A stretch of DNA of 64,000 bases from Lama guanicoe (taxonomy: Eukaryota): NCBI GenBank assembly GCA_013239625.1, contig MU056277.1, positions 1,466,076 to 1,530,075 on the forward strand, in the 5' to 3' direction. Of this stretch, positions 26,540-38,530 are shown in pieces. The translations under genes and the position numbers were made by a program. Position 1 is the first letter of the stretch. Each line of letters starts with the position of its first letter. The notes under the pieces were generated by a model that was given only the letters and a program-made list of their open reading frames with translations, was not told where the DNA came from and did not search any database.

Positions 26540-27310
26540 ACAGCTCATTCCAAAATCCATTTTATTAACTTTGTTTTGTTGGCTGGAGCCGAGGGCCGTC
26601 TTAGGCCCCGAATAATCACAGTGGTGCAGTGAGCTCCGGGGCGAGAACGAGGGGCTTTCTTCTTGGCCATGCTCCTGCAGGACTGATCTGTACCCCCAAG
26701 CCGATTGTCACTGGCAGAAAATGAGAACCAGGAGCATTCAATGCAAAGTAATGTGTTCTGTACAATTACTGGATTAATAATTTTATTCCATTACCGTGTG
26801 GGGAGAGAGGACATCGGCCGGCAGATCTGCAATTCTAGTCTATTTCTAAGCNNNNNNNNNNNNNNNNNNNNNNNNNNNNNNNNNNNNNNNNNNNNNNNNN
26901 NNNNNNNNNNNNNNNNNNNNNNNNNNNNNNNNNNNNNNNNNNNNNNNNNNNNNNNNNNNNNNNNNNNNNNNNNNNNNNNNNNNNNNNNNNNNNNNNNNNN
27001 NNNNNNNNNNNNNNNNNNNNNNNAGAATAGCAGGCTTGAGTTTCCAGTAACGACAAAAAAAAAAAAACAAAAAAACTAACCACACACGGCAAATGACATT
27101 TTGCATCTTGCTGTAAATATTTTTTTTCAGAAAAATGAATAGCATCATTATTCAATGATCAAAAATATTATTCTCTTTCCAGACCAGATGCTGTGACCAC
27201 AGTGACATTTCGAAATGACAGGAGGGTTGGATTATGAGGGAGAGCCATTTACATTTGCAAATTAAGTTTCTGGCGTTGTACTTTAAATTTAAATAATTGT
27301 CTACCCCATT
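26540..27310. promoter_or_regulatory. Candidate conserved enhancer surrounding the third N-run
   Basis: AT-rich unique flanks with 'ttttattaac', 'ggattaataattttattcc', 'tgtaaata' and the palindrome ATTTGCAAAT 27253-27262. Confidence 0.6.
26852..27023. other. N-run, 172 nt
   Basis: Directly visible run of N. Confidence 0.99.
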
Positions 27311-27749
27311 GGGTCTTTCAGAAAGAAAAAAACCCTGGTGGGTGGGGTGCTGGGTGGCGTGGGAGCTGGCACGTGCGTGGTCGACCGCACGCTCCCTGGG
27401 AGCTCCGGCGGGGCTGGCTTGGGGTAACGCGCACCCTTTCACCAGTGCCACGGAGGCAGGATGAGGAAGATGGGTGTCAAGATGAATAAGCGGGGACCGC
27501 TGGCCATCCTCCCCCATCTTCAGACAGGGGGAGGGAGGGCTTGCCAGAGATCATGCCGAGAGGGGCCTGAAATGAAGCAGTCAGGCTTTGCAACGCGATC
27601 CCCCTGTTTAAACGGCAGAGCCTCGCCCGCCACGGTCCCGCTGCACGTGGCCCGAGACCCTCTGTTGTTTGCGTGGGTCCCCCCTCCTCGTGCGGAGGGA
27701 AAAGTCATTTCTCGTGCTCGCCCAGGAGAGCCAGTGTTTCATTTTGTAT

Positions 27750-28060
27750 TCTGAGGACGCAGATTAATCAGCCAGCCCCTACCCAGAGATGGCCATTCTG
27801 CCCAGAAATCTGCATATCTGCATATTGCTGCTCTGCCCCGAGTTTAATTTCCTACAGGAGCTGATATTAATCACCCTGTTTAAACAGAGGGGATTTGGGG
27901 TCTGTACAAATATGACATTTTTTTTCATGGAACTCATGGACTGTTTTTCTTCCTTTTCTTTTTTCTTTTTTCCAATTTAAAGGGACAATAGCCTTACTGG
28001 CTTAATCCTCAGTAGTTGCGGCTGTGTTTTATTTTTGCTTGACTGTTGATGGCGGTGGTG
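27750..28060. promoter_or_regulatory. Candidate CNE
   Basis: Palindromes 'gattaatc' and 'ccctgtttaaacagaggg' (near perfect), plus 'tgatattaatca' and 'ttaatcc', in a unique AT-rich island. Confidence 0.4.
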
Positions 28061-29199
28061 GCAGCAGTGTACCTGGACTCGGCCTCTTGGACTTGAGAAC
28101 TGTGTTCGGTAGATCTGGAAGCAGAACGGCGTTTTGGCACCGGGGGCCGGGTTTGCCTGGGAGACATCCCTCTGCCTCTCAGGTGACAGCACGGAAGAAC
28201 TCGCGGGGGAACAGTGGCAAAATCTGAGTAGTCCTGCTGCTCCCCAGCCGCTCGTGTGCGGGGAGCCGGGTTCACCAGCGGCTGGTGCCTCTGCCAGGAG
28301 CCTTTGGCGTTTCTTACGGCAGCGCAGCGGTGGCCCGGGCAGGAACAGGAGACAGACCCTCCGCGCCCGGAGAGACGCGCCGGGCCAGCTGGAGGGGGAG
28401 GCACGCGAAGGTTATGGACTAGATGCACCACCGTCATTAAAACAGAAGCTGCCGCCAGGCTTCTGTGTCGATCGCACCCTGGCCCCTCTAGTCCTCAGAG
28501 GCTAATGCAGATTGGCGCTTTTCCCACAGGGCCTCGTTCAAAGGCCCCAAGGATGGTGTGAGCGGGCGGCAGCAGGAAGTGTTGGAAAAGCCGGGATCTG
28601 AGGCCAAAGACGCGCGGGAGAGCCTGGCTGCCCTTGCCTCCCTCACACAGGGATTGCCTGGAGCAGACCACGCCGAAGGCAACCGGAGGCCCTGGAGGGT
28701 CCGACCGCTCTGGGTTTCCTGACCCTCAGCATCTTTGCCACTGCGATTAGCGGTGTGCGTGGGTGCGGCACCTCTTGGGCTGAGAGGAAGTTCCCCGAGA
28801 GGGGCATTCCTTTATTTCAGCCAGGTCCCACGGGGCACTTACAAAGCGGAGTTTGTGACTCTAAGCGAATACTCCCACGGGCGAGACTGCTTGCTAATTA
28901 AAGCAAAAACAAAGGACAGAATGTTCAGTTTTTTCTCGCTCAGCTGAAAAAAAAATGAGTAACTGTCTTGCGTTCCGTATTTTCTCCTTAGTTTGTTTCT
29001 GCCGCTGACTCAGAAACGGGAGGTGGTTCTGGTTGAGGGGAGTGAGGTGTTGCGAGGTGGACCTGTGTCTGGAGGAGAGGTTCCCAGCGTGTGCGTCACG
29101 CCTCCTGAGCGCTGACGCTGCTCTGTTTTCTCTGCCCGAGTAAACCGCGAGGGCGTCACCCCAGGCGAGCAGTGGCTTAGACTGTTCATCTGTCTGTGC

Positions 29200-29610
29200 T
29201 GATAGCATTTTATTTGAAGTCTTAGAAGTCCCAAGTGGCTTAAAAGGGCGCTATTACGTGACTTCACGTTTTATTGCAAAATGACTGGGTCCACCTTCAT
29301 TTGCGCTGCTTTGAAGTCTTAATGCTCCTTGGCTGTCAGATCCACGCGTCCTTTCCGATTTAAACCTGGAGCAGAATCCCCTCGAAACGAGTCCCTTTCT
29401 TCTGCGGGGAGTGAGGAGCCTTTAATAACTCGTAAGAATATAGTTTTCAAGGTCGTCGTGTGGTTGTCACTGGCGCAGTACATCTTACCGGTTGGTTTAT
29501 TGCCAGTGTGTCTGAAAAGAGAGTGAGAACTTAAATTACACTTTCTCTTTCCCTGCGTGTGCCTGACTGAACAGTAACGGATGTTTACTTTCCGTTAAAT
29601 TCTCTGAAAG
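29200..29610. promoter_or_regulatory. Candidate CNE
   Basis: Unique AT-richer island with TTTTATT (posterior HOX/CDX-like) twice, GCTGTCA and TTGTCA. Confidence 0.35.
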
Positions 29611-31209
29611 GAAGACAGATCTTCATTTCCCACCCAGTCCTGACGTGTACACACACACGCACAGTAGAAACGCGGGAAAGTTGCAGAAGCCGTGGAGTAA
29701 TCAGCACGTTCTTTCTCAGGAAAAAGTGCGTTCGGGTGAAAGCAGCCTGTCAGCCTGTGGGGACGTGTCTGCCCTCAGGACAGACAGTCGGGAGAGGTCA
29801 GCGGGGAGGTAAGCGGTGACGCTGACTCACTGCGGCGCCAGCAGCCCCGAGACCCGGCCGTTACCGGCCATCAAGGGGGCTGTGGCCCCAGAGTGCGGAG
29901 AGCCTCTCCTGAACCCCCCAAAGGTGCTGAACCATCCCACAAGGTCACAGAAAACCCTTGGGACGACGGGGCAGAAATGATGCAGGGAGCTTACAGGGCA
30001 CTAGTTCACAAAGGGTTATAAACCAAAAACTTCACTGGCTGGATGTTACACGTGTGCATGTGTGTGGTGTGCTCGTGTGTGCACGTGTGTCTCTTTAGGG
30101 TTAGAATGATGTATGCAGTCTCCTGGGAGACGCTTCTGGGGTCTTCAGCTGGGCCCTTGACAAGAACACCCACCAGGGAAAACATCTCCCTGTGCGTCTG
30201 TAACTGGGGCCTTTGGAGGGGCGCCTCCCGCTGTCCCCGTGGGACCTGCGCTCCCTGGAACCGTGGGACACGGCACCGCAGCCGTGACGCCATGGGGAAC
30301 GGACTCCGTGGGTGTTCTCAGCAGGGTTGGGGCTTTCCTGGAGCCCTGGCATCCTGGTGACAGAGCCCGGTGGGGGGAGGCCCACACTCTCGGTCAGCTG
30401 CCCTCAGCCAGCACGTTTGTAGGGTCCTCACTTGCCTGGCCCAGTGGGTACAGACAAGAGAGACGGTCCTGTCATGGAGCTGCCTGACTTCCACGGCATC
30501 ATTCATCCGGAGGTGCCAGGTTCAGAGGCGGCCTCCAACCAGGTCAGAGCAGCACAGCATTCCGCCCACACCTCCAGCCCTCGCCGTGCCCGCTGTGGCG
30601 CTGAGGCTCAGGTGACCCACCTCACTTCATCTCAGACACTCGACTTCGTGGGAAAAGGAGCTGCAGCTCAGGCAGAATAGACGATTTCCTGAATTTGTCA
30701 GCAAGTGGCAGGGTGTCGATGCACACCGGGCCTGTGACGTCAGAGCCCTGCATCCTCCCACGACCATTTTCCCTCCGTTTTATTTTGCTGTTGATAATCA
30801 AAGCAGATGCGGAAGTACAGATCCCTGGGAGGAAGCTTGACGGATGCTCTTTGCAAATTCTCACCAGACCCCCCTGCCCGGGAGGCCGTGGTAGCCCTTC
30901 TGCACCCCGGCCTCTCCATCTGTGGAGCAGAAATAAAGATTGTCCCTCCCCGACAGCGAGGGGAAGGAAGGCGAAATCTTCTCGACAGTCCGGTGGCGTG
31001 GGCGAGCCGGTGTGAGGGGAGCCCTCCTGGTGGTGCGAGCGAGGGCACCTCGTCGGGAAGCACTGTGGGGCGCTGGCGAGGTGGAGACCACCGAGCTGTT
31101 TTTTGTTTTTATTTCCCTTTCCTGCCCTGCAGTTCTGTTGACTGTATCCAGAAGTCACGAGAGGGCCCAATGTACAGATGCTGGGGTAGGGGAGGCCGTG
31201 TCAGGAGGA

Positions 31210-31390
31210 AGGTGACTGACGGTAAATGTCAAATACTAAATCCTATCTGGTTATTACCCAGCGCATTAGCGATGTAAGTAGCTTAACAATTACGGCTGTG
31301 ATTGACTAGGTGGGAATCAAATCGTAAACATCAACTGTCAGAAGCGGTAATTATAACCCGTGAGCACCTGCTTCCGGGAGACTGACAGCT
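31210..31390. promoter_or_regulatory. Compact PBX/MEIS-FOX-homeodomain motif module
   Basis: TGACTGACGG 31213, TGATTGAC 31299, GTAAACA 31324, CTGTCA 31335, TAATTA 31348 and TGACAG 31383. Confidence 0.55.
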
Positions 31391-32274
31391 CCGCCTAACA
31401 TCTGCCCGGTCTCACTTTCACTCTTCTCACGTGCTCTTCCCCTCTGAGTGGAGCCCCGTGAGATTCCCGCACGGAGAGCCGTGGCTCACCGTCCGCGTCA
31501 CGCATTCGCACTCCTAGGGCTGCTTGTTGTCCACGGTCACGGCTCCCTGCTGACAGGCTCACCACTGAACGGGGAGCTGAGAACCGGCGCAGAGCCAGGC
31601 AGCACAGCCGCGGTGCGTTTCCAGCAGGCGTTCCTGCCGCGCGGTGTGTTAGTAAGGCGTGGTAGTGGGCTGGGTCTGTAAGGATGTCTACATGCACTGA
31701 AGGCGGACTGGAATCTGGAACAGTGACTGCACGATCCCGCAGTGAAAGCAGGGCGGCGGGCTGGCGTCGCACGACGCGGTGTCTCACCTGGGGCCCTCGG
31801 GCTGAGCAAGATGCGCGCTGGGACCAAGGGCACCAGGGTTCCTCATCGCCCTTCCACGGGGAGTATTTGGGGAGCAGGTTGAAAAAGCCACCTGTCCTCC
31901 TCCGGTGTGGTTTGCCTACGTCTCTGGAACTGAAGGTCTAGCGTTCTTGCCCATGTACTAGGAGGGGAGGGGCAGAAGTTCATTGGAACGACTCTCTAAG
32001 CCCCTGTTCCTCAGTGTTTGGTGGACGTTGCTTTGCTGTTGAACTGTTTTCTTAGGATAAGGGCTGGGGGTGGATTTGTTCTGCCTGACAGTTCTGTAGT
32101 GACGGTGAACGCTTTAGCTGGCCACATCCACGTGTAATTCAGCTGCGGGAACAGCAGACAGGTGGGAGGGAGACGGCAGAACCGAACCGAGAGGGCGGGA
32201 GTTTTCTCAGTGGCGTCTGCATCTCTTCACTGATTTCAGTCGTGTCCCCGTCCATACCTCATCCCTGTCATGCA

Positions 32275-32695
32275 GAGATTCTTTCACTTTACAAGTATTT
32301 CTTGAGCATCTACTACGTGCAGGCCCTTTGCACAGCTAGACGGGCATTCCCATGGATGAGACAGCATTGGGCACCCCAGATTTTGGACTCTCTTGGCCTA
32401 AACGCACTCTGACTGACTTAGCATGGTGCAGGCCCTGGGCGGGGGTCTTTGGGCGTCCGGCTGTGAAAAAGGAGGATGTGGTCCCTGCCTCTGTGGAGCT
32501 GACCATGTAAGGGGAAAGCCAATCATTGAACAGGTGAATGCGAGCGTGGCCAGCGCCTCCCGGGGCCAGGGGTGGGGCTGCGGGCCTCGTGGCGCTCAGA
32601 GCCCCAGCCTGACCCGCACAGCCGGGAAGCTCTGCCTGGAAAAGGAGACAGTTCGATTGAATCCTGAAAGGTAAGTAAGAATTAGTCAGAAGAAT
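32275..32695 (-). mobile_element. L2 (L2a/c-like) 3' portion
   Basis: 'acaagtatttcttgagcatctactacgtgcaggc', 'tggtccctgcctctgtggagctgac' and 'tgaatcctgaaaggtaagtaagaattagtcag' are collinear with antisense L2. Confidence 0.75.
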
Positions 32696-34439
32696 AGCCA
32701 TTTCCTCATGAATTTAGCTTCCAAAGCCTGGGTTTGTTTAAAAAAATCATATTAATCAAACAAATAATCTTCATAGCAGTGGAGACGTTTGTATCATAAT
32801 ATCCAGGCCCTGTAATTGTGAATAAAATTCTGTAAGGAAAGAGACTGTATTTACAGAGATAAAGATGAGTCCATGTGAAAAGAGAACCTCGCGCCGCGCT
32901 TCTTCCCTTTGTGAAATGGTGCCCACGGCCTCGAAGAACAAGACTGGCGAACAACTGAAGGAAAGATTTAGGAAGTACCTCACGTAAGACGGCGTGGGTA
33001 AAGTGAGTTCCTGGCAGCGTCGGGGTGGCTGTGCTGGCACGGGATTACCCAGGGGTGGCTGTGGATTCCCAGGTCAGTCCTGATGGAAAGTAAGCCCGCA
33101 GGCTTCAGCTTGGTGCCTCTCCAAGGACTGTGATGGGGGCCTTGCCCCCATGCCTGGGCCGTCCAGGATCACACCAGGCCAGGGCGTTCCTCCCAGAAAA
33201 CCTCCCTTCTCCCTGGGGAGCTCTCTGCAGGGAAGGCGGGAGGCCAGTGGTGACGGGCAGCTCCTGGACCAGGGGGCTGAGTCTCCAGGGCCGAGACTGC
33301 ACGCCTCTGCTTCTTCCCCTGGAATTGCATCTGGGCGGGAAATGGGAGACGCTTGCCCCCAGCTCAGCCAAGCTAGCGATGCCGGAAGGGGGTGTAGGGC
33401 TGGGACGTGTCTCTACTCATCTGGACGCACGACATCCCCAGAACCCCGAGCGGCTCGTGCGGGCTCACAGAAACGGATGGCTGATCAGTTTCCCAGTTCC
33501 TTCTCATTTCTGGTTCCATCCTCCGCGCTTTGTTTCTGCTTCCCCGGTTACGTTCCCAGCAAGCAGTCTGTTTAACATTGCGTACGCCTGCTCACCAGAC
33601 CCCGGAGGACCCGAGAGGCAGATGCACGGAGAAGAAATCGTGGCTGTGAAAGCGAACTGGGTCTCCTAAACACGGGAGGGTCGTCAGGTGTTCAAGTAGG
33701 AAACTGGACTTAGATGGCGTGAGCTGTCCAGCTCCAGGCTGCGCAGAGGGATGGCCTTAGCGAAGGCCCCGTGGAGCCCTGTGCGCGCGTCCACGCAGCT
33801 GCGTCCCTGCTCATTCTCCCTTCGTATTTCAGGTTCTCTTTGACCATTGCTTCGGCATTTTGTGTGTGGCGTGGAGTTTCAGGTGTGCAGTGAGTTGAGA
33901 CTCAGTGATCGGCAAAATGGCGACAGTGATCGTAAATCGGAGGGTCAGACTGGTGTTAGCAAGACGAAGCAAGTGCCCGGACGTGGCAGACGGTGCTGGG
34001 ACAGGCCGTGGTGGCAGGCGTGTGCGGGGAGAAGCCCTTTCCCAGCAGCCTCTCCCTGGACACACGGACGTACTGGTGCTCTGGGGGTGACGGGTCTCAC
34101 GGCAGGAGCGGGGACGCAGGACAGCCAGGCCGCTCTGACCTTCCGCTGCTGTTCCCGCCTGCGGCCTGCACACGCTCTGGCCTGTGGCTCTGCCCAGAGC
34201 TTATTCCAGGGGAAGAAGGCCAGCTCCTGGTCCCTCCCCTGGGAGGAGTGGTGTCAAAGCCCCCCGTGCAGATCTGCCCTCGGCAGAGGCCAAGGGCGGC
34301 CTGTGGACGTGTGCCCCCGGGGCCTGCAGCTCACATGCTCTGAAGCAGACGTGGCTGCTGGGGTTGAAATCCACGGAGGGTGTCCCATCGGCGTGGGCTG
34401 CGCGTGGGCTGCTGCCTTCAAGGATGACCGTTCCCATCG

Positions 34440-35640
34440 TGTTTCTTTCCAAGCTGTTTTAAGAAGTGTCTGGACGCAGTCCCACCAGTAACAAATGAGA
34501 GTGTCTGCTTCTTTGCATCCTTGCCAACGTTCGGTGTTGTTACTTTGAAAATTTTTATTCGTTTATTTTTAATCTTAGCCATTCTAACTGATGTGCAGTG
34601 GCTGGTCTCTGTGGTTTGGGTCTTCATTTACTTAATGACAAACGATGCTGCGCGCCTTTCTATGAGCCTGTCTGCCATCGGCACGTCTTCCTTGTAAAGC
34701 GTCTGACCAGACACTGCCTTACTTTTTAACTGGGCTGTTTGTTTTTCTTATTGCTGAGTTTTAGTGTTCTTTGTACATTCTGGATAGAAGTCCTGTGTCA
34801 GATACGGATTTACCGCTACTTTCTGCCAGGTCTGTGGCTTGTACTTTCATTCTCCTAACAGTATTTTTCACAGAAGGTAAATTTTTACTTCGACGAGGTA
34901 CAATTTACCAGCTTTTTGAAGTGGGTCACGCTTTTGGTATCAGGTCTAGAATCACATCACCAAACCCAGGGTCCAACAAGTTTTTTTCCTGAAAGTTTTA
35001 TAGTTCTACGTTTCACAGTTAGACGTAAGATCAGTTTTGAGTTAAAGTTTTGGAGAAAGGGTGACGTGTGTGTCCAGGTCTGTTTATTTATTTATTTTCA
35101 TAGGTATGTGCAACATTTCTCATCTTTCACAAATTCTTTCTCCGTTGATTGACGTTGCGTTTTGCCCGAAATCAGCTGACTGCATTTTTGTGGGTCCTTC
35201 TGTCCTGGTCTGTTGACCTGCGTGTCAGTTCTTCTTGCCACTGTGACGATGATGGTTCCGTAACTGTGAGTCATGTGGGGGCTTCTGTGTCAGGATCGTC
35301 TTGACCATTTCTAGTTCCTTGGCCTTTCCATGTACATTTGAGAATCAGCTTGTCAATATCTATAAAAAACCAAAACAAACCTTGCTGAGATTCTGGTTGA
35401 GATGATTACAGATCAAATTCTAGAGAATCGACATCTTAACAGCAACGAGCCTCCTGTTGCATGAACACAGTATGTCTCTCCAGTTACTTCTGTCTTCCTT
35501 GGTTTCCTGTGGCGTCTTGTTGTTTAGAGGATACAGACCCTGCATGTATTTTGTTAGATTTATGGTTAAATCTAATCCTGGTTTGGTGTTACTTTAAATA
35601 GTATTTTTTCTTTTAATTTCAAACTCTCATTGTTTGTTCC
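34440..35640 (-). mobile_element. L1M (L1MC-like) ORF2 3' part
   Basis: The translation of 34418-34627(-), 'KTQTTETSHCTSVRMAKIK', matches L1 ORF2 'QIKTTMRYHLTPVRMAIIK'. Antisense motif 'tacattctggatagaagtcctgtgtcagata'. Confidence 0.9.
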
Positions 35641-35644
35641 TCAA

Positions 35645-36285
35645 GAGCTCAGCTGGGCTGAACGCTGAGCTGCCAGGTGTCCGAACAGCTGGTTAAGAAA
35701 ACAAGCTGAGTGGCAGAGACAGAGTCAACTTCCGTCACCTGCCGTGACAGTGTGAGCAAGAGGCTGAGCTGGAGAAAGAGCTGGTGCCCACTCTCCATTT
35801 TGCACGTGGGATGGCACCAGCCCGGCTCCAGTGGACCAGGGCGGACACGGGGGCATCTCACTGCCGAGGGAGCCCGGAACGAAAGTCCCCTGTGGTTTTA
35901 TGGACCAGGGGCTCGGGGGAAGCAGGGGGCAGTGCTGGGAGGGGACAAGGGGTGACACAGCGTCAGAGCAGAGCAAGGTGTCTTGGAGATTCCCTTTCCC
36001 CCACAACAAGGAGATCCTGGCATTGGCACCTGAGGAGGCCCCACGTAAAGAGGCCCCAGATAAAGAGGGGTGCCCAGGCTGGGAATGTGGGCGTGCCTGG
36101 CAGCAGGGCTGGCCTGAGTGCTTGGAGCTGCAGTGCCCCTGGGAGACCACGATGTGTGGGCTGCACCCCACGTCTGGGCTGGGAGGGCACTTCCCCTGTG
36201 AGGCCTGTGGTGGAGCCCCCGTCATTGCCACGGCCGGGCTGGAAGGGCTACCCGTGGCCCTGGGGCCCGGAGCTGGGCTCCTCAG
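35645..36285 (-). mobile_element. ERVL-type solo LTR (MER54/MER73/MER74-like) nested in the L1
   Basis: ~640 bp GC-rich block that cleanly interrupts collinear L1 ORF2. Contains 'gagcaagaggctgagctggagaaag..cccactctccatttt' and a minus-strand CCATAAAAC TATA-like box (~35895-35903). Family assigned from recalled similarity. Confidence 0.55.
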
Positions 36286-37178
36286 CTGCGTGTGGGGACA
36301 CAGCGTGACTCTGAGTTGTCGCCTGTGGGCCTGCTCTGCTCACTTAGTAGCTCTAGGTCGTTGGGAAGATTTTTGTTTGATTTGTATTTTGTACCTGGAC
36401 AGTCACGTCATCTGCAAGTAGATCTGTTGGTCTTTCCTTTCTCTCTCCCCCCGTCGCACCGTGTCGAGCCTCCCGTGCGACGCTGAGTGGCAGCGCTGAG
36501 TGTGGACGTAGGGGCTTGTTCCGAGACTCGGGGAAGCGTTCAGCGCCTCGTCGCCCGCCGTGATCGGGTGAGCGAAGGTGGCCTCTGTCAGGTGTAGGAA
36601 GTTCACACCTGCTGCTTCTTTACCGAGAGTTCAGATTGTGAATGGACGTTGAATTTTGTTCAGTGTTTTTCTGCGTCTCTTGAGATGATCATGTACCCTT
36701 TCATTTTTAGTCTCTAAATGTGGGGCAGTATATGGGTTGATTTTCAAATGTCGAGCGCTCCCTGAATCCTGCGAGTGAGCCCTAAGTGGCCGTGCTGTAT
36801 TAGCATTTCGTGCATCACCGGGTTCTCCTTGCTGCCTGCTTTCTGCCTTTTCCATCTGTGTTTCTTTCTTTTTCCTTCTTTTACTGCATTCTCTTGGGTT
36901 AGTTGGGCATTTTTTATGAGTCCATTTAGTCTCCTCTCTTGACTAATAATTTATACCTTTTAGGAAACATTTCAGTAGTTGCCCTAGTGTTTAAAATATA
37001 AATAGCAAATATACATTTAAGGGTTGAGTCTCCCAGTAGGTGATTTTATGCCCACTTCAGTGGCATGCGAGACCCTTGCAGCAATAGGTGACCAAGTCCT
37101 GTCTCCCCTCTTAAGCGCTCTCACTTCACAGATCCTATAAACACACAGTATGTTGCTACTGTTTCTTTCTCTTTCAAC

Positions 37179-37330
37179 CAGGGGTTAGCAAAGCTTTCAT
37201 TAAAGGTCCAGACTGTGAACATTTTCGCTTCACGGGCTCCGTGGCAGCTGCCTGCTCCCCCCGCAGAGCGCCGGGCCCGGGCTGCGCGGCAGGAGGGCCA
37301 GCCAGAGCACGGGCAGGTCTGACCGATGGC
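37179..37330 (+). mobile_element. MER58A-like DNA transposon fragment
   Basis: 'caggggttagcaaagctttcattaaaggtccagactgtgaacattttcgcttcacgggc' matches the MER58A terminus 'caggggtcggcaaactttttctgtaaagggccagatagtaaatattttaggctttgcgggc'. Confidence 0.7.
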
Positions 37331-38530
37331 ACGGCTCTCTCACCCCCACCTTTCAGACGACGTAAAACCTGAAAAATGGATTTACGTTTACCTTCATGTG
37401 CTGATTCCAAAGCTTTGTGTAGAGCCAAGTTTTAGTCTGACACACACACACGTGTGTATATATATATGTATTTTGTTTGTTTGTTTGTTTGTTTTGTTAT
37501 TGGGTCCCTCTGCTGACACTGAATTCTCTCAGTTTTGGTTCTTCCCCGAGAATGTCTTCTTTCTCCTGTATTTTTGAAATACATTTTCTCTGGGTGTAGA
37601 ACTCAGGGTCAACAGTTTTTCCTCCTCTGCAACGTGAGGGTGCGGGTCCCTGGGCTCCAGTGTCCCTGTGCACGCGCAGCGCCCCCTTCCTCGAGCTGCC
37701 TTCGGGACGGCCTTCACTTCCTGTCTTCAGTGGTTTAACACGCCGCCTCAGGGGCTGGTTTGTTCCGTATTTTTCCTGTCTGGTGTCCTCTGTCTTTCTG
37801 GATCTGTGGCGTGGTGTCTGCCGTTACTTCTGGGGATTCTTGACAGTGTCGTTTCAGGCACCCCTCTGCCCACCCTCGCTCCTGTCCGCGGGTTTTGCGG
37901 TCGTGCCCGCTCTGGTGTTTGCTGTAGTCCCACGGCTCTTGGGGTCTGTTGTTTTTTATGTTTTGCCTTTCCCGTGCTTTTCCTCTTTGTACTTCGACTT
38001 GGATGATTTCTGCTGACCCGCCTTCCTGTGCAGTGAGTCTTCAGAGCCTGGGAGGAGTCCGCTGCCGAGCCTTCGAGGCCGCCCTCCTCTCTCTACAGTG
38101 GGTTGTTCATTTCTAGCCTTTCCAGGTGGTTTTTTCTTAGTCTCTCTCCTGAAATTCCCATCTGGTCTTGTGTGTGACACCCTTTTTCTATTAGAGCCTT
38201 TAACATACTAATTAGAGTTATTTTAAATTCCCTGACAGACAGTTCCAGCAGCTGTTACCTATCTGAGTCTGATTCTGATGGTGGCTCTCTCTGGGCAGTG
38301 TGTGGGTTTCCCTGGCTTTCCTGGCAAGCCTCGGGGTTTGTGTGTGAAAGCGGCTCTGCTGCACCGGCCAGCAGGGGGTGAGGTGTGGCTCTCGTGCCTG
38401 GACAAGGGTGTGCCGTTCTTTCTGCTGCACCTGCAGCGTGAGGTCTGCACCCGTCTGGCTGGGAGTCAGGTGGGTCTGTGACCTGCCACTCCCATAGCTG
38501 CCCGCAGTGCACTGCCGGCTTCAGACTCCT

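Noticed and set aside
22597-27155. ORFs spanning X runs
   Set aside because: Artefacts of translating through Ns. The flanks lack coding or splice signatures, though a small hidden exon inside a gap cannot be excluded.
30465-30545. Protein-like stretch MELPDFHGIIHPEVPGSEAASNQ followed by a possible donor cag/gtcaga
   Set aside because: No clear acceptor or homology, so it is compatible with chance.
34418-36855. L1 ORF2-like peptides as a functional reverse transcriptase gene
   Set aside because: Fragmented by frameshifts, stops and a nested LTR; a dead repeat.
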